From contig JANPJS010000278.1 of NCBI GenBank assembly GCA_031425655.1, forward strand, positions 1 to 39,651: a stretch of 39,651 bases of DNA, read 5' to 3'. A program made the translations under genes and the position numbers. Shown here one piece after another: positions 8,617 through 20,031 of the stretch. The notes below the pieces were generated by a model. It was given only the letters and a program-made list of their open reading frames with translations, was not told the origin of the DNA and searched no databases. The stretch's first letter is position 1. Each line of letters opens with the position of its first letter. Source of the DNA: Abditibacteriaceae bacterium. GTDB lineage: Bacteria > Armatimonadota > Abditibacteriia > Abditibacteriales > Abditibacteriaceae.

Positions 8617-9786
8617 TTAATCCACGCGGTTGACAATTGGAATAGTGAAGAGAAAAGTGCTGCCTTTTTCGAGTTCGCTTTCGACCCAGATGCGTCCGCC
8701 ATGCGCTTCGACGGCTAACCGGCAAAAGGTTAATCCCAATCCGGACGATATTTTCTGCGTGTCGTTGCGCGATTCGGCCTGGCCCCATTTGTGGAAAATG
8801 CGTTCAAAGTCTGCGGCGGGAATTCCGTATCCGAAATCGCGCACGGAAAAGAGAAGCGCTCTTTCACCGCTGTCCCCCGCCGGCTGCGGTGCCACTGTAA
8901 TGACAATCGAACTGTCGCGCGGCCCGAATTTGATGGAATTGGCTAAAAGATTTACCAAAACGCGGCGCAAAAGATTGGCATCGGCCCACAGAAGGGGCAA
9001 ATTGGGCAGGGGAGCTATCTCGATTTTTAACGCCTTGTCCGCAGCGAGCGTGAAAACTTGCTGAACAGCTTCTTCCACTAATTGCGCGGCCTCGCATTCG
9101 ACGTGTTGTAATTGCAAAGCGCCGCTTTCAAGTTTGCTGATGTCCAGTAGTTCGCCGACCTGAGCCACCATGCGGCGGCAGCTTGTGGCGCACATTCCCA
9201 CTAATTCTTTTTGTATCTCATCCAGCGAATCGCCGTAGCCTTTTTGCAGCAAATCTACGGCGGCCAACATCGCGGTGAGAGGCGTGCGAAGGTCGTGAAC
9301 CAGCATTTCGGCAATCGAATCGCGCATAGATTCGGCGCGTTGTAAATCGTGGTAGGCCTTCTCAAGTTCGTCGCGTCCGCGCTTGACACGAACCAGCGAC
9401 TTGACGCGCGCTAAAACTTCGACATCGTCAACAGGCTTGGTTAAAAAGTCGTCTGCGCCGGCTTCGAGAGCGCGCACGCGGTCGGAGGTTTCCTGCAAGG
9501 CGGTCACCATCACGACGGGCACATGAGCCGTGGCGGAATCGGCTTTTAGGCGGCGGCACACTTCAAAGCCATCCATGCCCGGCATCATCACATCGAGCAG
9601 AACCACGTCCGGTGCGGCTTCGGGCATCGCAGCCAAAGCGTCGGGGCCATTCGTGGCGCTTGAAACCTGATAACCCTCGATTTCCAAAATACTGGACAGC
9701 AAGCGCACGTTGATCGGCACGTCGTCCACGATGAGAATGCGACCCAAAGTCTGGCCGGGCGAAGAAAGAGAAGAGTCGGTATTCAT
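8617..9786 (-). CDS. Hybrid histidine kinase (REC-HisKA-HATPase)
   Basis: LLDVMMP receiver; HDLRTPL H-box; NLLANSIKF; GLGLTFC. Confidence 0.93.
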   Translation of the reverse strand: MNTDSSLSSPGQTLGRILIVDDVPINVRLLSSILEIEGYQVSSATNGPDALAAMPEAAPDVVLLDVMMPGMDGFEVCRRLKADSATAHVPVVMVTALQETSDRVRALEAGADDFLTKPVDDVEVLARVKSLVRVKRGRDELEKAYHDLQRAESMRDSIAEMLVHDLRTPLTAMLAAVDLLQKGYGDSLDEIQKELVGMCATSCRRMVAQVGELLDISKLESGALQLQHVECEAAQLVEEAVQQVFTLAADKALKIEIAPLPNLPLLWADANLLRRVLVNLLANSIKFGPRDSSIVITVAPQPAGDSGERALLFSVRDFGYGIPAADFERIFHKWGQAESRNDTQKISSGLGLTFCRLAVEAHGGRIWVESELEKGSTFLFTIPIVNRVD

Positions 9787-9801
9787 GGAGGCCTCGTGCG
9801 T

Positions 9802-10215
9802 TCAGTTTTTCGGGTTCGGGCGCAGAAACGGAATAATCCGGCTTGCAAATGTTAATGGCTCGATTGGCTTGGTTATTAAACTATCGCAACCCGACGCGAG
9901 GATGACGGCCTGATCGTGCATCATAGCCGAGGCCGTTACGATGATGATGGGAATTTCGCGGGTTTGTGGGTCGGCGCGCAGCAGGCGCGTGGCGCTCAGG
10001 CCGTCCATGCCCGGCATATGCATATCCATCAAAATTAGGTCAGGCTGCTCACGCTGGGCTATCGAAATGCCTTTTTCGGCGTCTTCGGCTTCCAGAACCT
10101 CGGCATTTTCCAGTTGTAAGATAAAGAGGAGCAAACGCCGATTTTCCTCGTTGTCTTCGATAATCAGCACGCGACGCCCGGCCAGACTCCTCGTTTGTGC
10201 TTGATCGTTCAACAT
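9802..10215 (-). CDS. Single-domain response regulator (DivK/CheY-like)
   Basis: IIEDN, LMDMHMP, TA and KP receiver motifs; no output domain. Confidence 0.92.
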   Translation of the reverse strand: MLNDQAQTRSLAGRRVLIIEDNEENRRLLLFILQLENAEVLEAEDAEKGISIAQREQPDLILMDMHMPGMDGLSATRLLRADPQTREIPIIIVTASAMMHDQAVILASGCDSLITKPIEPLTFASRIIPFLRPNPKN

Positions 10216-11549
10216 GAAGCCGCCTCCAAAGCGTCGGCGGCGCGGCGGCGCGGCTTGTTGTCCGTATCGTTGATTTCCGGGGCCGACGCAATCAAGGGCA
10301 GGCTAAAGAAAAACGTGCTGCCTTGCCCTTCGGCGCTTTCGAGCCAGAGGCGCCCGCCGTGTAATTCGACGATTCGTTTAGTCAAAGGCAAGCCCAGACC
10401 TGTGCCCTGTTGCTGGCGTGCGTAAGAGGAATCCACTTGCTCGAAGGCGTCGAAGATGCGCGTTTGATGTTCGGGCGAAATCCCGATGCCTGTATCGCTG
10501 ACACTGACGACCACGACCGCATCTTCTTCGGCAGTGGCGGCCACGGCGCGCACCACGATGCGCCCGCCGTCGCGCGTGAATTTGACGGCATTGGACAGCA
10601 AATTGAACATCACTTGCTTGATTTTGCGCTGATCGGCTTGCAGTGGCTCCATTTCAACGACTTCCGGCGCGATTTCTACGGCCAATTCCAAATTCTGCGC
10701 GAATGCCTTGTCCCGCACGATGACCAAACTTTGTTCCAGCAACTCCGGCAGCGAAAAAGCGGCGATTTCCAGCGTCATTTTGCCGGCTTCGATCTTCGAT
10801 AAATCGAGAATATCGTTGATGATTTGCAGCAAATGCTCGCCGCTATGCACCACGTCGTTGACGCACGATTGCTGGTCGTCGTTGAGTGGCCCGACGCGCG
10901 GATTGAGCAGCAATTTGGAAAATCCTATGATGGCGTTAAGTGGCGTGCGAAGCTCGTGGCTGACGTTGGAAATAAATTCCGATTTGGCGCGATTAGCTCG
11001 TTCGGCGACTTCGCGGGCGCGTTCGGCCTCGTTTTTGGCCTGCAAAATCTGCTTCATGTGGCGCTGTTCGGCTTCGCGTTCGCGTTCGCGCGCCTGGGCT
11101 TCCTGTTCGCGCTGCTCAACTTGGCGCAGCAACTCGCCTTGTCGCTTAATTTGCTCGCTTTTATGCCACAAATCCACGAAAACTGTGACTTTCGAGCGCA
11201 AAATATACGGATTGTAAGGCTTGGCCAAATAGTCCACGGCGCCGGCGGAGTAGCCTTGAAAGACATAGGCTTCTTCGGTCGAAAGTGCGGTGATGAAGAT
11301 GATGGGAATGTGCCGCGTTTTTTCGCGCTCTTTGATAATTGCAGCCGTATCAAAGCCGTCCATGCCCGGCATTTGCACGTCCATCAGGATTAAAGCGATG
11401 TCGCCGGTCAGCAGATGCTTAAGCGCCTCGGTGCCCGAATAGGCGCGCAGCAAAGTGCAGCCGAGAGGCTCTAAAATCGCTTCAAGCGCCAGCAGATTTT
11501 CGGGGCGATCATCTACCAGCAACAGGCTGGCGGCGGGAATTTCATTCAT
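10209..11549 (-). CDS. Hybrid histidine kinase (OsaB-like REC, coiled coil, HisKA, HATPase)
   Basis: LLVDDRPENLLALEAIL receiver; [25 protein letters not shown]. Confidence 0.93.
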   Translation of the reverse strand: MNEIPAASLLLVDDRPENLLALEAILEPLGCTLLRAYSGTEALKHLLTGDIALILMDVQMPGMDGFDTAAIIKEREKTRHIPIIFITALSTEEAYVFQGYSAGAVDYLAKPYNPYILRSKVTVFVDLWHKSEQIKRQGELLRQVEQREQEAQAREREREAEQRHMKQILQAKNEAERAREVAERANRAKSEFISNVSHELRTPLNAIIGFSKLLLNPRVGPLNDDQQSCVNDVVHSGEHLLQIINDILDLSKIEAGKMTLEIAAFSLPELLEQSLVIVRDKAFAQNLELAVEIAPEVVEMEPLQADQRKIKQVMFNLLSNAVKFTRDGGRIVVRAVAATAEEDAVVVVSVSDTGIGISPEHQTRIFDAFEQVDSSYARQQQGTGLGLPLTKRIVELHGGRLWLESAEGQGSTFFFSLPLIASAPEINDTDNKPRRRAADALEAASC

Positions 11550-11580
11550 TGATAAGGTGGAAATGTCCGAGATTTTGCGC

Positions 11581-14500
11581 TCAAACGGCGGCCACGAGGC
11601 GACGCATCATGGTAAGCAACGCTTCGATGTCAACCGGTTTGGTGATGTAGTCCGAAGCGCCGGCTTCGAGGCATTTTTCGCGGTCGCCGGCCATTGCTTT
11701 AGCGGTTAGCGCGATAATCGGCAGCGCCGCGAACTCTTCGTGCCGGCGAATGGCGCGCATGGTTTCGTAGCCGTCCATTTCCGGCATCATTACGTCCATG
11801 AGGACGCAGTCGGCATCGGAGTGTTGGCGCAGCATTTCCAAGCCGTCGCGACCATTTTCGGCGAAGAAAACGTTGAGTCCGTGGCTTTCCAGCACGCTGG
11901 TCAGCGCGTAAATGTTGCGCACGTCGTCGTCTACGACCAGCACGCTTTTGCCGTCTAAGGACACCTCGGCGGCACCATCGTTTTCACTGGCGGCGGCGGC
12001 TTTTGGGCGCGGGCGCGGCGCTCGTTTGGCGCGCGGCGCGGCTTGCGACAACGTGGGCAGCGGGGCCGGAGCGCGCAGTTCCTCCGGGATGGCGCCCTCT
12101 GTTTCAAAGATGCGATGCAGAAACAACGCGGTTTCGTCGAGCAATCGCTCAGAGGAATCGGCACTTTTGGTGATGATGGCGGCGGCGTATTTCTTGAGTT
12201 GCAATTCTTCCTGCCGCGACAAGTCTTTGCTGGTGTAAATCACAACCGGCATATCTTGAAACTTCGCTTGTCTCTTGATCTTTTTCAATACCTCGAAGCC
12301 GCCCATGTCGGGCAAGCCCAGATCGAGAATCATGCAGTCGAAACTCATTTCTTTGAGATGCGCTAACGCTTCTGCGCCGGTTGCGACGGCGGTGGTGGCG
12401 ACGTTGAGGCCGTTCAGCAATTCGACCACGCCCTGTCGCTGGCCTTCGTCGTCTTCGACCAAAAGCAGCGCCCGCACGTCGCGCGCTAAAAACGTTCGCA
12501 TATGCTGCAACGCGCCTTCGAGCGCCTCGCGGCTGACTGGCTTTTCCAGATAAGAAATCGCGCCCACAATGGAGCCGCGCTCGCGGTTGAGAACCGAAAT
12601 CACCTGAACCGGAATATGCCGCGTTTGCGGATCGCGCTTGAGATGATCCAAAATCGCCCAGCCGTCGAGAACCGGCATTTTCAAATCGAGAGTAATCGCG
12701 TCCGGCTTGTATTCCTGCGCTAATGCCAAACCGGTGTCGCCTTGCAGCGCGACGATGCCTTTGAAGTGTTCGCGGCGCGCCGTATCCAGCAAAATGCGCG
12801 CGAAATCGGGATCGTCTTCGATTACGAGCAGCACGCGGTCGCCGGGTTGGATATTATCGCGGTCGTCTTCGATTTCTGTTCCCGTGTCGGGCCGCTGCGA
12901 AGCGATGGCCTGCGATTTCAGCGAGGCCGCCGGCGAGGCCATATGCGCTCGTGCCGGCGCATATGGCGCGCCTGTGGCTTTGCGCGAAGCGCCGTTGCGG
13001 ATGCCCTTGCTGCTGGTGTCTTCGTCGTCAAAATAATTGTCGAGGTTGCGGCTCGGCACTTCGTCTTCCTCTGCCGGTGCGATGTCGCCTTGAAATTCGA
13101 TGGGCACGAACATCGTGAAGGTGCTGCCTTCGCCATGCACGCTTTGCACTTCGATGTAGCCGCCGAGCAGCCGCGTGATTTCGCGCGAAATGGACAAGCC
13201 CAGCCCAGTTCCGCCGTATTTTCGGCTGGTCGTGCCGTCGGCTTGCTGAAAGGCTTCAAAGATCAGCTTTTGCTTTTCGATGGCGATGCCGACGCCTGTG
13301 TCATGCACGGCGAAGGCTAACATTCCGCGTTCGGCCACGGAAATATCCAACGTGACGCTGCCGCGCTGCGTGAATTTGAAGGCGTTGGAAAGCAGATTTT
13401 TCAGGACTTGCTGCAAGCGTGTGGCGTCGGTTTGCAGCGAAATGGGCACGCCCGGTGCGATGCTGACCGCGAAATCCAGTTCTTTCTGGCGCGCCACTTG
13501 TCCGAAGGTGCGCTCGACAAATTGGCGCACTTCCGAAATCGAAACGTCCGAAACCAGAATTTCCATTTTGCCGGCTTCGACTTTGGATAAATCGAGAATC
13601 TCGTTGATGAGATTGAGCAGATCGTGGCCCGATGCGTGAATCGTGGTGGCGAATTCGGTTTGTTTGGCCGTCAGGTTGCCGTTCGAGTTTTCCGAAAGCA
13701 GCTTGGCCAAAATCAGCATCGAATTGAGCGGCGTGCGCAGTTCGTGGCTCATGTTGGCCAAAAACTCCGACTTGTATTTCGAGGACATCGCCAACTGTGC
13801 GGCTTTTTCTTCCAGTGCAACGCGCGCTAATTCGACTTCGCGGTTTTTCTGCTCGACGCGCGTGTTTTGCACTTCCAAAAGCGAGGCTTTTTCTTCCAAC
13901 TCGTTGGCTTGGGCTTCCAACTCGACATTCGTGCTTTTGAGTTGGTCTTGCTGCGATTGCAATTCCTGCGATTGGCTTTGCAATTCCTGCGTGAGCGACT
14001 GCGATTGTTCAAGCAGTTCTTCGGTGCGCATATTGGCCTGAATCATGTTCAGCACCACGCCGATGCTTTCGGCCAATTGATCCAAAAACGTGCGGTGAAT
14101 CGGCGAGAATATCTGAAACGAAGCCAGCTCGATAACGGCCATGATTTCGCCCTCGAACAAAATCGGCAGCACGATAATGCTGAGAGGCGGCGCTTGTCCC
14201 AGGCCGGACGAAATTTCAATATAATCGCCCGGCACATTGGTCAGCACGATGCTTTTCTTTTCCAGCGCGCATTGTCCGACCAAACCTTCGCCCAAACGGA
14301 AGCGGTTGGCGATGTTTTTCCGCTCCTGATAAGCATAGGAAGTGAGCAGTTTGAGCAGCGGCTCCGTGTTCGCCGAAGTATCCCAATCGTTGATATAAAA
14401 CACGCCGTGATGCGCCGAAACTAAGGGCGTGACTTCAGACATAATCAGGCGGCCCAGTGATTCAAGGGTTTTCTGGCCCTGCATCATGCGCGAAAAGCGC

Positions 14501-17500
14501 GCGAGGTTGGTCTTGAGGAAGTCTTGCTCTTCGTTTTTCTGCGTTGTCTCGCGCAAATTGCCGATCATGCGATTGACGTTGTTTTTGAGCGTGTCCACTT
14601 CGCCTTGCGCTTCAACCGCGATGGTGCGCGTCAAATCGCCTTCGGTAACGGAGGTGGCCACGTCGGAAATGGCACGCACCTGAACCGTCAGCGAGTTCGC
14701 CATGAAGTTGACGTTTTCCGTCAGGTCTTTCCATGTTCCCGCGACGTTCGGCACGTTCGCCTGTCCGCCGAGCTTGCCTTCAGCGCCCACTTCGCGGGCC
14801 ACGGTTGTGACTTGTTCGGCGAAGATGGAAAGGGTGTCGGTCATGCTGTTGATGGTTTCGGCCAACGCTGCGACTTCGCCCTTCGCTTCCACGATGAGCT
14901 TTTGCTTCAAATCGCCGTTAGCGACGGCGGTCACGACTTTAGCGATGCCGCGCACCTGCGTTGTCAGGTTACTCGCCATGAAGTTGACGTTATCGGTTAA
15001 GTCTTTCCATGTTCCCGCCACGTTGGGCACACGAGCTTGTCCGCCCAAAATGCCTTCGGTTCCGACTTCGCGCGCCACGGTCGTAACTTGCTCGGCGAAG
15101 ATGGACAGCGTGTCGGTCATGTTATTGATGGTTTCGGCCAACGCCGCTACTTCGCCTTTGGCCTCAACCACCAATTTTTGCTCAAGGTCGCCGTTAGCGA
15201 CAGCGGTCACGACTTTTACGATGCCGCGCACCTGCGTCGTCAGGTTACTCGCCATGAAATTGACGTTATCCGTCAAGTCTTTCCATGTGCCCGACACGCC
15301 GCGCACTTCGGCTTGTCCGCCCAATTTGCCTTCGGTTCCGACTTCGCGGGCCACGCGTGTCACTTCGGCGGCGAACGAGTTCAATTGATCCACCATCACG
15401 TTGACGGTGTTTTTCAGCTCCAGCATTTCGCCTTTCACGTCAACGGTGATCTTCTTCGACAAATCGCCGTTCGCCACTGCGGTCGTGACCAGCGCGATAT
15501 TTCGCACCTGATCGGTCAGGTTACCGGCCAAACCGTTGACGTTATCCGTCAGGTCTTTCCATGTTCCCGACACGCCGCGCACTTCGGCTTGTCCGCCGAG
15601 CTTGCCTTCGGTGCCCACTTCGCGGGCCACGCGCGTCACTTCGGCGGCGAAGGAGTTCAATTGATCCACCATCGTGTTGATGGTGTTTTTGAGTTCGAGA
15701 ATTTCACCTTGCGCGTCAACCGTGATTTTCTGGCTCAAGTCGCCGTTAGCGACCGCCGTTGTCACGAGAGCGATGTTTCGCACCTGATTCGTCAGGTTTC
15801 CGGCCAAACCGTTGACGTTATCGGTCAAGTCTTTCCAAGTGCCCGACACGCCGCGCACTTGCGCCTGCCCGCCTAATTTGCCTTCGGTGCCGACTTCTTT
15901 GGCCACGCGCGTCACTTCGTCCGCGAAGGAAGAAAGTTGATCCACCATCACGTTGACGGTGTTTTTCAACTCCAGCATTTCGCCCTTTACATCAACGGTG
16001 ATTTTCTGACTCAGGTCGCCGTTCGCGACTGCGGTCGTTACCAGCGCGATGTTTCGCACCTGATTCGTCAGGTTGCTCGCCAAGCCGTTGACGTTATCGG
16101 TGAGGTCTTTCCATGTTCCGGCGGCGTTGGGCACTTGCGCCTGCCCGCCAAGCATTCCTTCGGTTCCGACTTCGCGGGCCACGGTCGTGACTTGTTCGGC
16201 GAAGATGGACAGCGTGTCGGTCATGTTATTAATGGTTTCGGCCAGCGCCGCCACTTCGCCTTTGGCTTCTACCACCAATTTTTGATCTAAGTCGCCGTTT
16301 GCGACGGCGGTCACGACTTTGGCGATGCCGCGCACCTGAGTTGTCAGGTTGCTCGCCATGAAGTTGACGTTATCGGTCAGGTCTTTCCAAGTTCCGGCGA
16401 CGTTGCCGACTTTGGCTTGCCCGCCCAAAATCCCTTCAGTTCCCACTTCTTTAGCCACGCGCGTCACTTCGCCGGCGAAGGTGCTAAGACTGTCCACCAT
16501 CTGGTTAAACACGTTCTTGATTTGCAGCAGCTCGCCTTTCACGTCAACGGTAATCTTCTGCGTCAAGTCGCCGTTGGCAACTGCCGTCGCCACTTTCGAT
16601 ACGTCGCGCAACTGCACCGTGAGGTTGGAGGCGAGACTGTTGACGTTATCGGTGAGGTCTTTCCAAGTGCCGGACACGCCGCGCACTTCGGCTTGTCCGC
16701 CTAATTTGCCCTCGGTGCCCACTTCTTTAGCCACGCGCGTGACTTCGGCAGCGAAGGAGTTCAATTGATCCACCATCACGTTGACGGTATCTTTGAGTTC
16801 GAGAATTTCGCCGCGCGCATCAACCGTAATCTTCTGGCTCAGGTCGCCGTTAGCGACTGCGGTTGTCACCAAAGCGATATTTCGCACCTGATTGGTGAGG
16901 TTGCTGGCCAAGCCGTTGACGTTATCGGTGAGGTCTTTCCACGTTCCCGACACGCCGCGCACTTCGGCTTGTCCGCCCAGCTTGCCCTCGGTTCCGACTT
17001 CGCGCGCCACGCGCGTGACCTCGGCGGCGAAGGAAGAAAGCTGATCCACCATCGTGTTGACCGTAGTGCCGATGCGTAGAAACTCGCCTTTAACCGGTGT
17101 GCCTTCGATTTCCAGCGCCATTTTCTGACTGAGGTCGCCTTCGGCCACCGCAGTGATAACGCGCGCTACTTCGGTGGTCGGACGCGCTAAGTCTTCAATC
17201 AGCGCATTGATCGAATTGCTGGAAGTGGCCCACGAGCCGGAAACATTGGGCAGGCTGGCGCGCTCGGTCATGCGCCCTTCGCTGCCCACAGCCCGCGCCA
17301 CACGCCCGATTTCCTCGGCCATGCTTTGATTCAGGCCAACGACATCGTTAAAGGCGTGATGAAGCTCGCTGAGCTGTCCGTCGGACGGCGCCGGAAGGCG
17401 CACGGAAAAGTCGCCGTTTTTCGCGGCGCGCAGGGCATCTAAAAGCGGCTGCAATTGTTCGGCGCTGTAAAGCGCGCTGTTGGTAGCACCGTCGGGGAAA

Positions 17501-17523
17501 GAACTGGGTTCATTGTGTGTCAT
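11581..17523 (-). CDS. Cytoplasmic poly-HAMP hybrid histidine kinase (HAMP repeats-GAF-HisKA-HATPase-3xREC), OsaA/Nik1-like
   Basis: Nine ~92-aa repeats containing GTWKDLT; GAF with [18 protein letters not shown]; three receivers. Start is ATG 17523 or TTG 17556. Confidence 0.93.
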   Translation of the reverse strand: MTHNEPSSFPDGATNSALYSAEQLQPLLDALRAAKNGDFSVRLPAPSDGQLSELHHAFNDVVGLNQSMAEEIGRVARAVGSEGRMTERASLPNVSGSWATSSNSINALIEDLARPTTEVARVITAVAEGDLSQKMALEIEGTPVKGEFLRIGTTVNTMVDQLSSFAAEVTRVAREVGTEGKLGGQAEVRGVSGTWKDLTDNVNGLASNLTNQVRNIALVTTAVANGDLSQKITVDARGEILELKDTVNVMVDQLNSFAAEVTRVAKEVGTEGKLGGQAEVRGVSGTWKDLTDNVNSLASNLTVQLRDVSKVATAVANGDLTQKITVDVKGELLQIKNVFNQMVDSLSTFAGEVTRVAKEVGTEGILGGQAKVGNVAGTWKDLTDNVNFMASNLTTQVRGIAKVVTAVANGDLDQKLVVEAKGEVAALAETINNMTDTLSIFAEQVTTVAREVGTEGMLGGQAQVPNAAGTWKDLTDNVNGLASNLTNQVRNIALVTTAVANGDLSQKITVDVKGEMLELKNTVNVMVDQLSSFADEVTRVAKEVGTEGKLGGQAQVRGVSGTWKDLTDNVNGLAGNLTNQVRNIALVTTAVANGDLSQKITVDAQGEILELKNTINTMVDQLNSFAAEVTRVAREVGTEGKLGGQAEVRGVSGTWKDLTDNVNGLAGNLTDQVRNIALVTTAVANGDLSKKITVDVKGEMLELKNTVNVMVDQLNSFAAEVTRVAREVGTEGKLGGQAEVRGVSGTWKDLTDNVNFMASNLTTQVRGIVKVVTAVANGDLEQKLVVEAKGEVAALAETINNMTDTLSIFAEQVTTVAREVGTEGILGGQARVPNVAGTWKDLTDNVNFMASNLTTQVRGIAKVVTAVANGDLKQKLIVEAKGEVAALAETINSMTDTLSIFAEQVTTVAREVGAEGKLGGQANVPNVAGTWKDLTENVNFMANSLTVQVRAISDVATSVTEGDLTRTIAVEAQGEVDTLKNNVNRMIGNLRETTQKNEEQDFLKTNLARFSRMMQGQKTLESLGRLIMSEVTPLVSAHHGVFYINDWDTSANTEPLLKLLTSYAYQERKNIANRFRLGEGLVGQCALEKKSIVLTNVPGDYIEISSGLGQAPPLSIIVLPILFEGEIMAVIELASFQIFSPIHRTFLDQLAESIGVVLNMIQANMRTEELLEQSQSLTQELQSQSQELQSQQDQLKSTNVELEAQANELEEKASLLEVQNTRVEQKNREVELARVALEEKAAQLAMSSKYKSEFLANMSHELRTPLNSMLILAKLLSENSNGNLTAKQTEFATTIHASGHDLLNLINEILDLSKVEAGKMEILVSDVSISEVRQFVERTFGQVARQKELDFAVSIAPGVPISLQTDATRLQQVLKNLLSNAFKFTQRGSVTLDISVAERGMLAFAVHDTGVGIAIEKQKLIFEAFQQADGTTSRKYGGTGLGLSISREITRLLGGYIEVQSVHGEGSTFTMFVPIEFQGDIAPAEEDEVPSRNLDNYFDDEDTSSKGIRNGASRKATGAPYAPARAHMASPAASLKSQAIASQRPDTGTEIEDDRDNIQPGDRVLLVIEDDPDFARILLDTARREHFKGIVALQGDTGLALAQEYKPDAITLDLKMPVLDGWAILDHLKRDPQTRHIPVQVISVLNRERGSIVGAISYLEKPVSREALEGALQHMRTFLARDVRALLLVEDDEGQRQGVVELLNGLNVATTAVATGAEALAHLKEMSFDCMILDLGLPDMGGFEVLKKIKRQAKFQDMPVVIYTSKDLSRQEELQLKKYAAAIITKSADSSERLLDETALFLHRIFETEGAIPEELRAPAPLPTLSQAAPRAKRAPRPRPKAAAASENDGAAEVSLDGKSVLVVDDDVRNIYALTSVLESHGLNVFFAENGRDGLEMLRQHSDADCVLMDVMMPEMDGYETMRAIRRHEEFAALPIIALTAKAMAGDREKCLEAGASDYITKPVDIEALLTMMRRLVAAV

Positions 17524-17746
17524 GGCGATAAAAAACCTTTTCGGATTGGATGCCAATGATTTGCCGGCCAGCAGACGAGAAAATTACGTTCAATGCGACT
17601 GAACCATCGAGAGGAAAAGTCGGATTGCTCCGTGCTGCCACTCAAAGTTTAATTCTGTCAATGCAAAACTGATAGACGAAATGCGCGTTAACTCGCGAAG
17701 GGTCACGTTCCAATAGCAGCTTTCACGCCGAACTTGCACGGCTAAA

Positions 17747-18454
17747 TTAGCCTGACGGATTCAACATTTCGTGGGCGCGTTCCAGGTCTGCGGGATACGT
17801 CACTTTGAAGTTGCTCGCTTCACCGGACACGAGTTGCACGCGCTGATTTGGCAACCGCTCGACCAGAGACGCACAATCGGTGCCGCTAAAGCCCTCCGAA
17901 GTCGCTTTTTCGTTGGCGGAGAGCAGGATTTCGCGTCGAAATATCTGCGGCGTTTGCGCCAGCCACAACACGCTGCGATCAAGTGTGGCGGCGATGCTGC
18001 CGTCGGGTGCGGCGCGTTTTACGGTGTCGGGGCAGGGCAGAGCGGCCAGCGCCGCGCCGCACTCGCGCGCGGCTTCGATCACGCGCAGCAAAAGCTGAGG
18101 CGAGGCGAAAGGCCGCGCGGCGTCATGCACCATCAGCCACTCGCCGGTCGCGGCGCGAACTGCGTTGTAAACCGATTCCTGCCGTGTGGCGCCGCCTTCG
18201 ACAAGTTGAGGAGCGAAAGGTAAATGAGGAGCAAGGTCGTCGAAAATCGGGTGGATAAGCGGAAACTCGTCGCGGCGTGCGGCGATGATGAGTTGGTGTG
18301 GTTGAAGATCAGGCGGAAACGCGGCAGGCGAAGTCAGGGCGCGCAGCGTGTGCCAGAGCAGCGGTTTGCCGTGCAGAGGCGCTAAAATTTTATTGCCCGC
18401 AGAGCCGGCGCGCGAACCGCAACCTGCCGCCGGGACGAGAATTGAAATCGTCAT
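17747..18454 (-). CDS. ispD: 2-C-methyl-D-erythritol 4-phosphate cytidylyltransferase
   Basis: PAAGCGSR, GGATRQESV, VHDAARPF, QTPQ and NFKVTYPADL. Confidence 0.95.
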   Translation of the reverse strand: MTISILVPAAGCGSRAGSAGNKILAPLHGKPLLWHTLRALTSPAAFPPDLQPHQLIIAARRDEFPLIHPIFDDLAPHLPFAPQLVEGGATRQESVYNAVRAATGEWLMVHDAARPFASPQLLLRVIEAARECGAALAALPCPDTVKRAAPDGSIAATLDRSVLWLAQTPQIFRREILLSANEKATSEGFSGTDCASLVERLPNQRVQLVSGEASNFKVTYPADLERAHEMLNPSG

Positions 18455-18473
18455 CACTTAAGTCGCTGAACAT

Positions 18474-18582
18474 CGGGAAGTCGGAAGGACGAGAAGTCGG
18501 AAAGGCTCATCCGAGCAGGCAGAAGCGCCGCACCAAAACCCCACATTATGCTTCCTGTCTTTCCGCCCTTACCGACTTCCCG
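18474..18582. repeat. Inverted repeat built from 8-bp units
   Basis: cgggaagt/cggaagga/cgagaagt/cggaaagg versus ctttccgcccttaccgacttcccg. Confidence 0.65.
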
Positions 18583-18614
18583 TTTATTTCTTTTAGCCGT
18601 CTAAAGGCACTAAT

Positions 18615-19832
18615 TCAGCGTCCGGCGTCTCTGGTTTTCAAGTCGGCGAAGATCATTTTGCCGGCCACCGTCTGGCGAAGCTGCGAAATTACGATGCGGC
18701 AGGTTTGGCCGATGTGGTGGCCGGCATCGCTGACGACTACCAGCGTGCCGTCGTCGAGATAGCCGACGCCTTGTCCCGGACGGTCGCCTTCTTTGACGAG
18801 CATCAAATCCATTTCTTCGCCGGGAACCACGACTGGTTTGAGCGACTGCGCCAGTTCATTGAGATTCAGCACGCGCACGCCATGAATTTCGGCGACGCGA
18901 TTGAGGTTAAAATCGTTGGTCACGATGGCCGCGTGCATTTCTTTGGCGAGGGCGACGAGCTTGCCGTCCACGGTTTCAACGGCAGCCACCGACGCGGGAA
19001 CATCAATCAGGAAGCGCACTAAAGGCGTGGTTTCGTTTTGCTCCGGGGCGCTGCCGGGCTTGATTTCGGTGAGGTCTTTGATCGCTTTTAAAACATCAAG
19101 TCCGCGTTTGCCGCGCGCGCGCCGCAGCGAGTCGGAAGACGAATCGGCGAGATATTGCACTTCATCCAGCACGAAGCCCGGCACGATGAGCGGGCCTTCG
19201 AGAAAGCCGGTTTTGCACAGTTCCGTGATGCGCCCATCAATAATGATGTTGGTGTCGAGTAGCTTGGGCACCGCGCCGCGCGCTTCCTCCACGTCCGATT
19301 TGCTGTCGAGTTTGGGAAACACGCGCAGCATTTCGTTGCGCATTCCCATCATCAGGCTCATGCCAAACCCGGCGCAGACCATCAAAGCCATAAGCTGCAC
19401 GCTCAGCCAAATGCTCTGCTCGCTGGCAAGGTTGGCCAAAGGCAGCGTCAGCAAAACTCCGAAGATCATGCCGAGAAGCGCGCCCGCGATGCCGAGAACG
19501 CGATCCACGACCGTCATGGAATGAATGCGCCCGATTAGCCCAACAAGATGATCGGCAACCCACGAGCCGATGCGAAAGAAAATCACCGCGAAGCCCAACG
19601 TCAGCACGATAAAAAGCGGCGGCACGGCGCTGGGCGGCACGAACGGGTCTTTAACCAGTGGACGCAGCCAGAACAAGATGAATTGGTCGCGCAAAGGCGA
19701 CCGGGGGAATTGCAAACCGACGGTGCCGACCGTAACCTGTGAGTAATAACTGGCGATGACGTAGCCGACGACGGCGCCGAAAATCGAACACAACAAAGTC
19801 GAGGTTGTCCAGACGGCGCGCTGTATCTTCAT
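18615..19832 (-). CDS. Membrane PIN/TRAM domain protein (YacL-like)
   Basis: N-terminal TMs; LDTNIIIDGRI, RGKRGLD, TNDFNL and QGVGYLDDGT; lies between radA and ispD. Confidence 0.92.
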   Translation of the reverse strand: MKIQRAVWTTSTLLCSIFGAVVGYVIASYYSQVTVGTVGLQFPRSPLRDQFILFWLRPLVKDPFVPPSAVPPLFIVLTLGFAVIFFRIGSWVADHLVGLIGRIHSMTVVDRVLGIAGALLGMIFGVLLTLPLANLASEQSIWLSVQLMALMVCAGFGMSLMMGMRNEMLRVFPKLDSKSDVEEARGAVPKLLDTNIIIDGRITELCKTGFLEGPLIVPGFVLDEVQYLADSSSDSLRRARGKRGLDVLKAIKDLTEIKPGSAPEQNETTPLVRFLIDVPASVAAVETVDGKLVALAKEMHAAIVTNDFNLNRVAEIHGVRVLNLNELAQSLKPVVVPGEEMDLMLVKEGDRPGQGVGYLDDGTLVVVSDAGHHIGQTCRIVISQLRQTVAGKMIFADLKTRDAGR

Positions 19833-19873
19833 GGGCGTTCGGGTCAGCTTTCAGTGGTCAATTTTAGCTCTCA

Positions 19874-20031
19874 GAGATAGTCTGAAAAGTCCCCTCCCCT
19901 TGCCGTTTAAGGGGAGGGTTAGGGTGGGGTTCTGCTGTTTTTCCGAACCCCCTGCCCAGAGGGCACCCGCCAGCCCTTCCCCTTGAAACGGCAAAGGGGA
20001 AGGGAGTCGCCGCCACTTCTCAGACTATCTC
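19874..20031. mobile_element. 158-bp MITE-like element with REP-like core
   Basis: 17-bp TIRs gagatagtctgaaaagt / acttctcagactatctc (16/17 match) flanked by duplicated TCA; internal GC-rich inverted repeat. Confidence 0.8.

Noticed and set aside
14702..17079. Long plus-strand ORFs opposite the poly-HAMP kinase
   Set aside because: They are antisense shadows of a repetitive GC-rich gene
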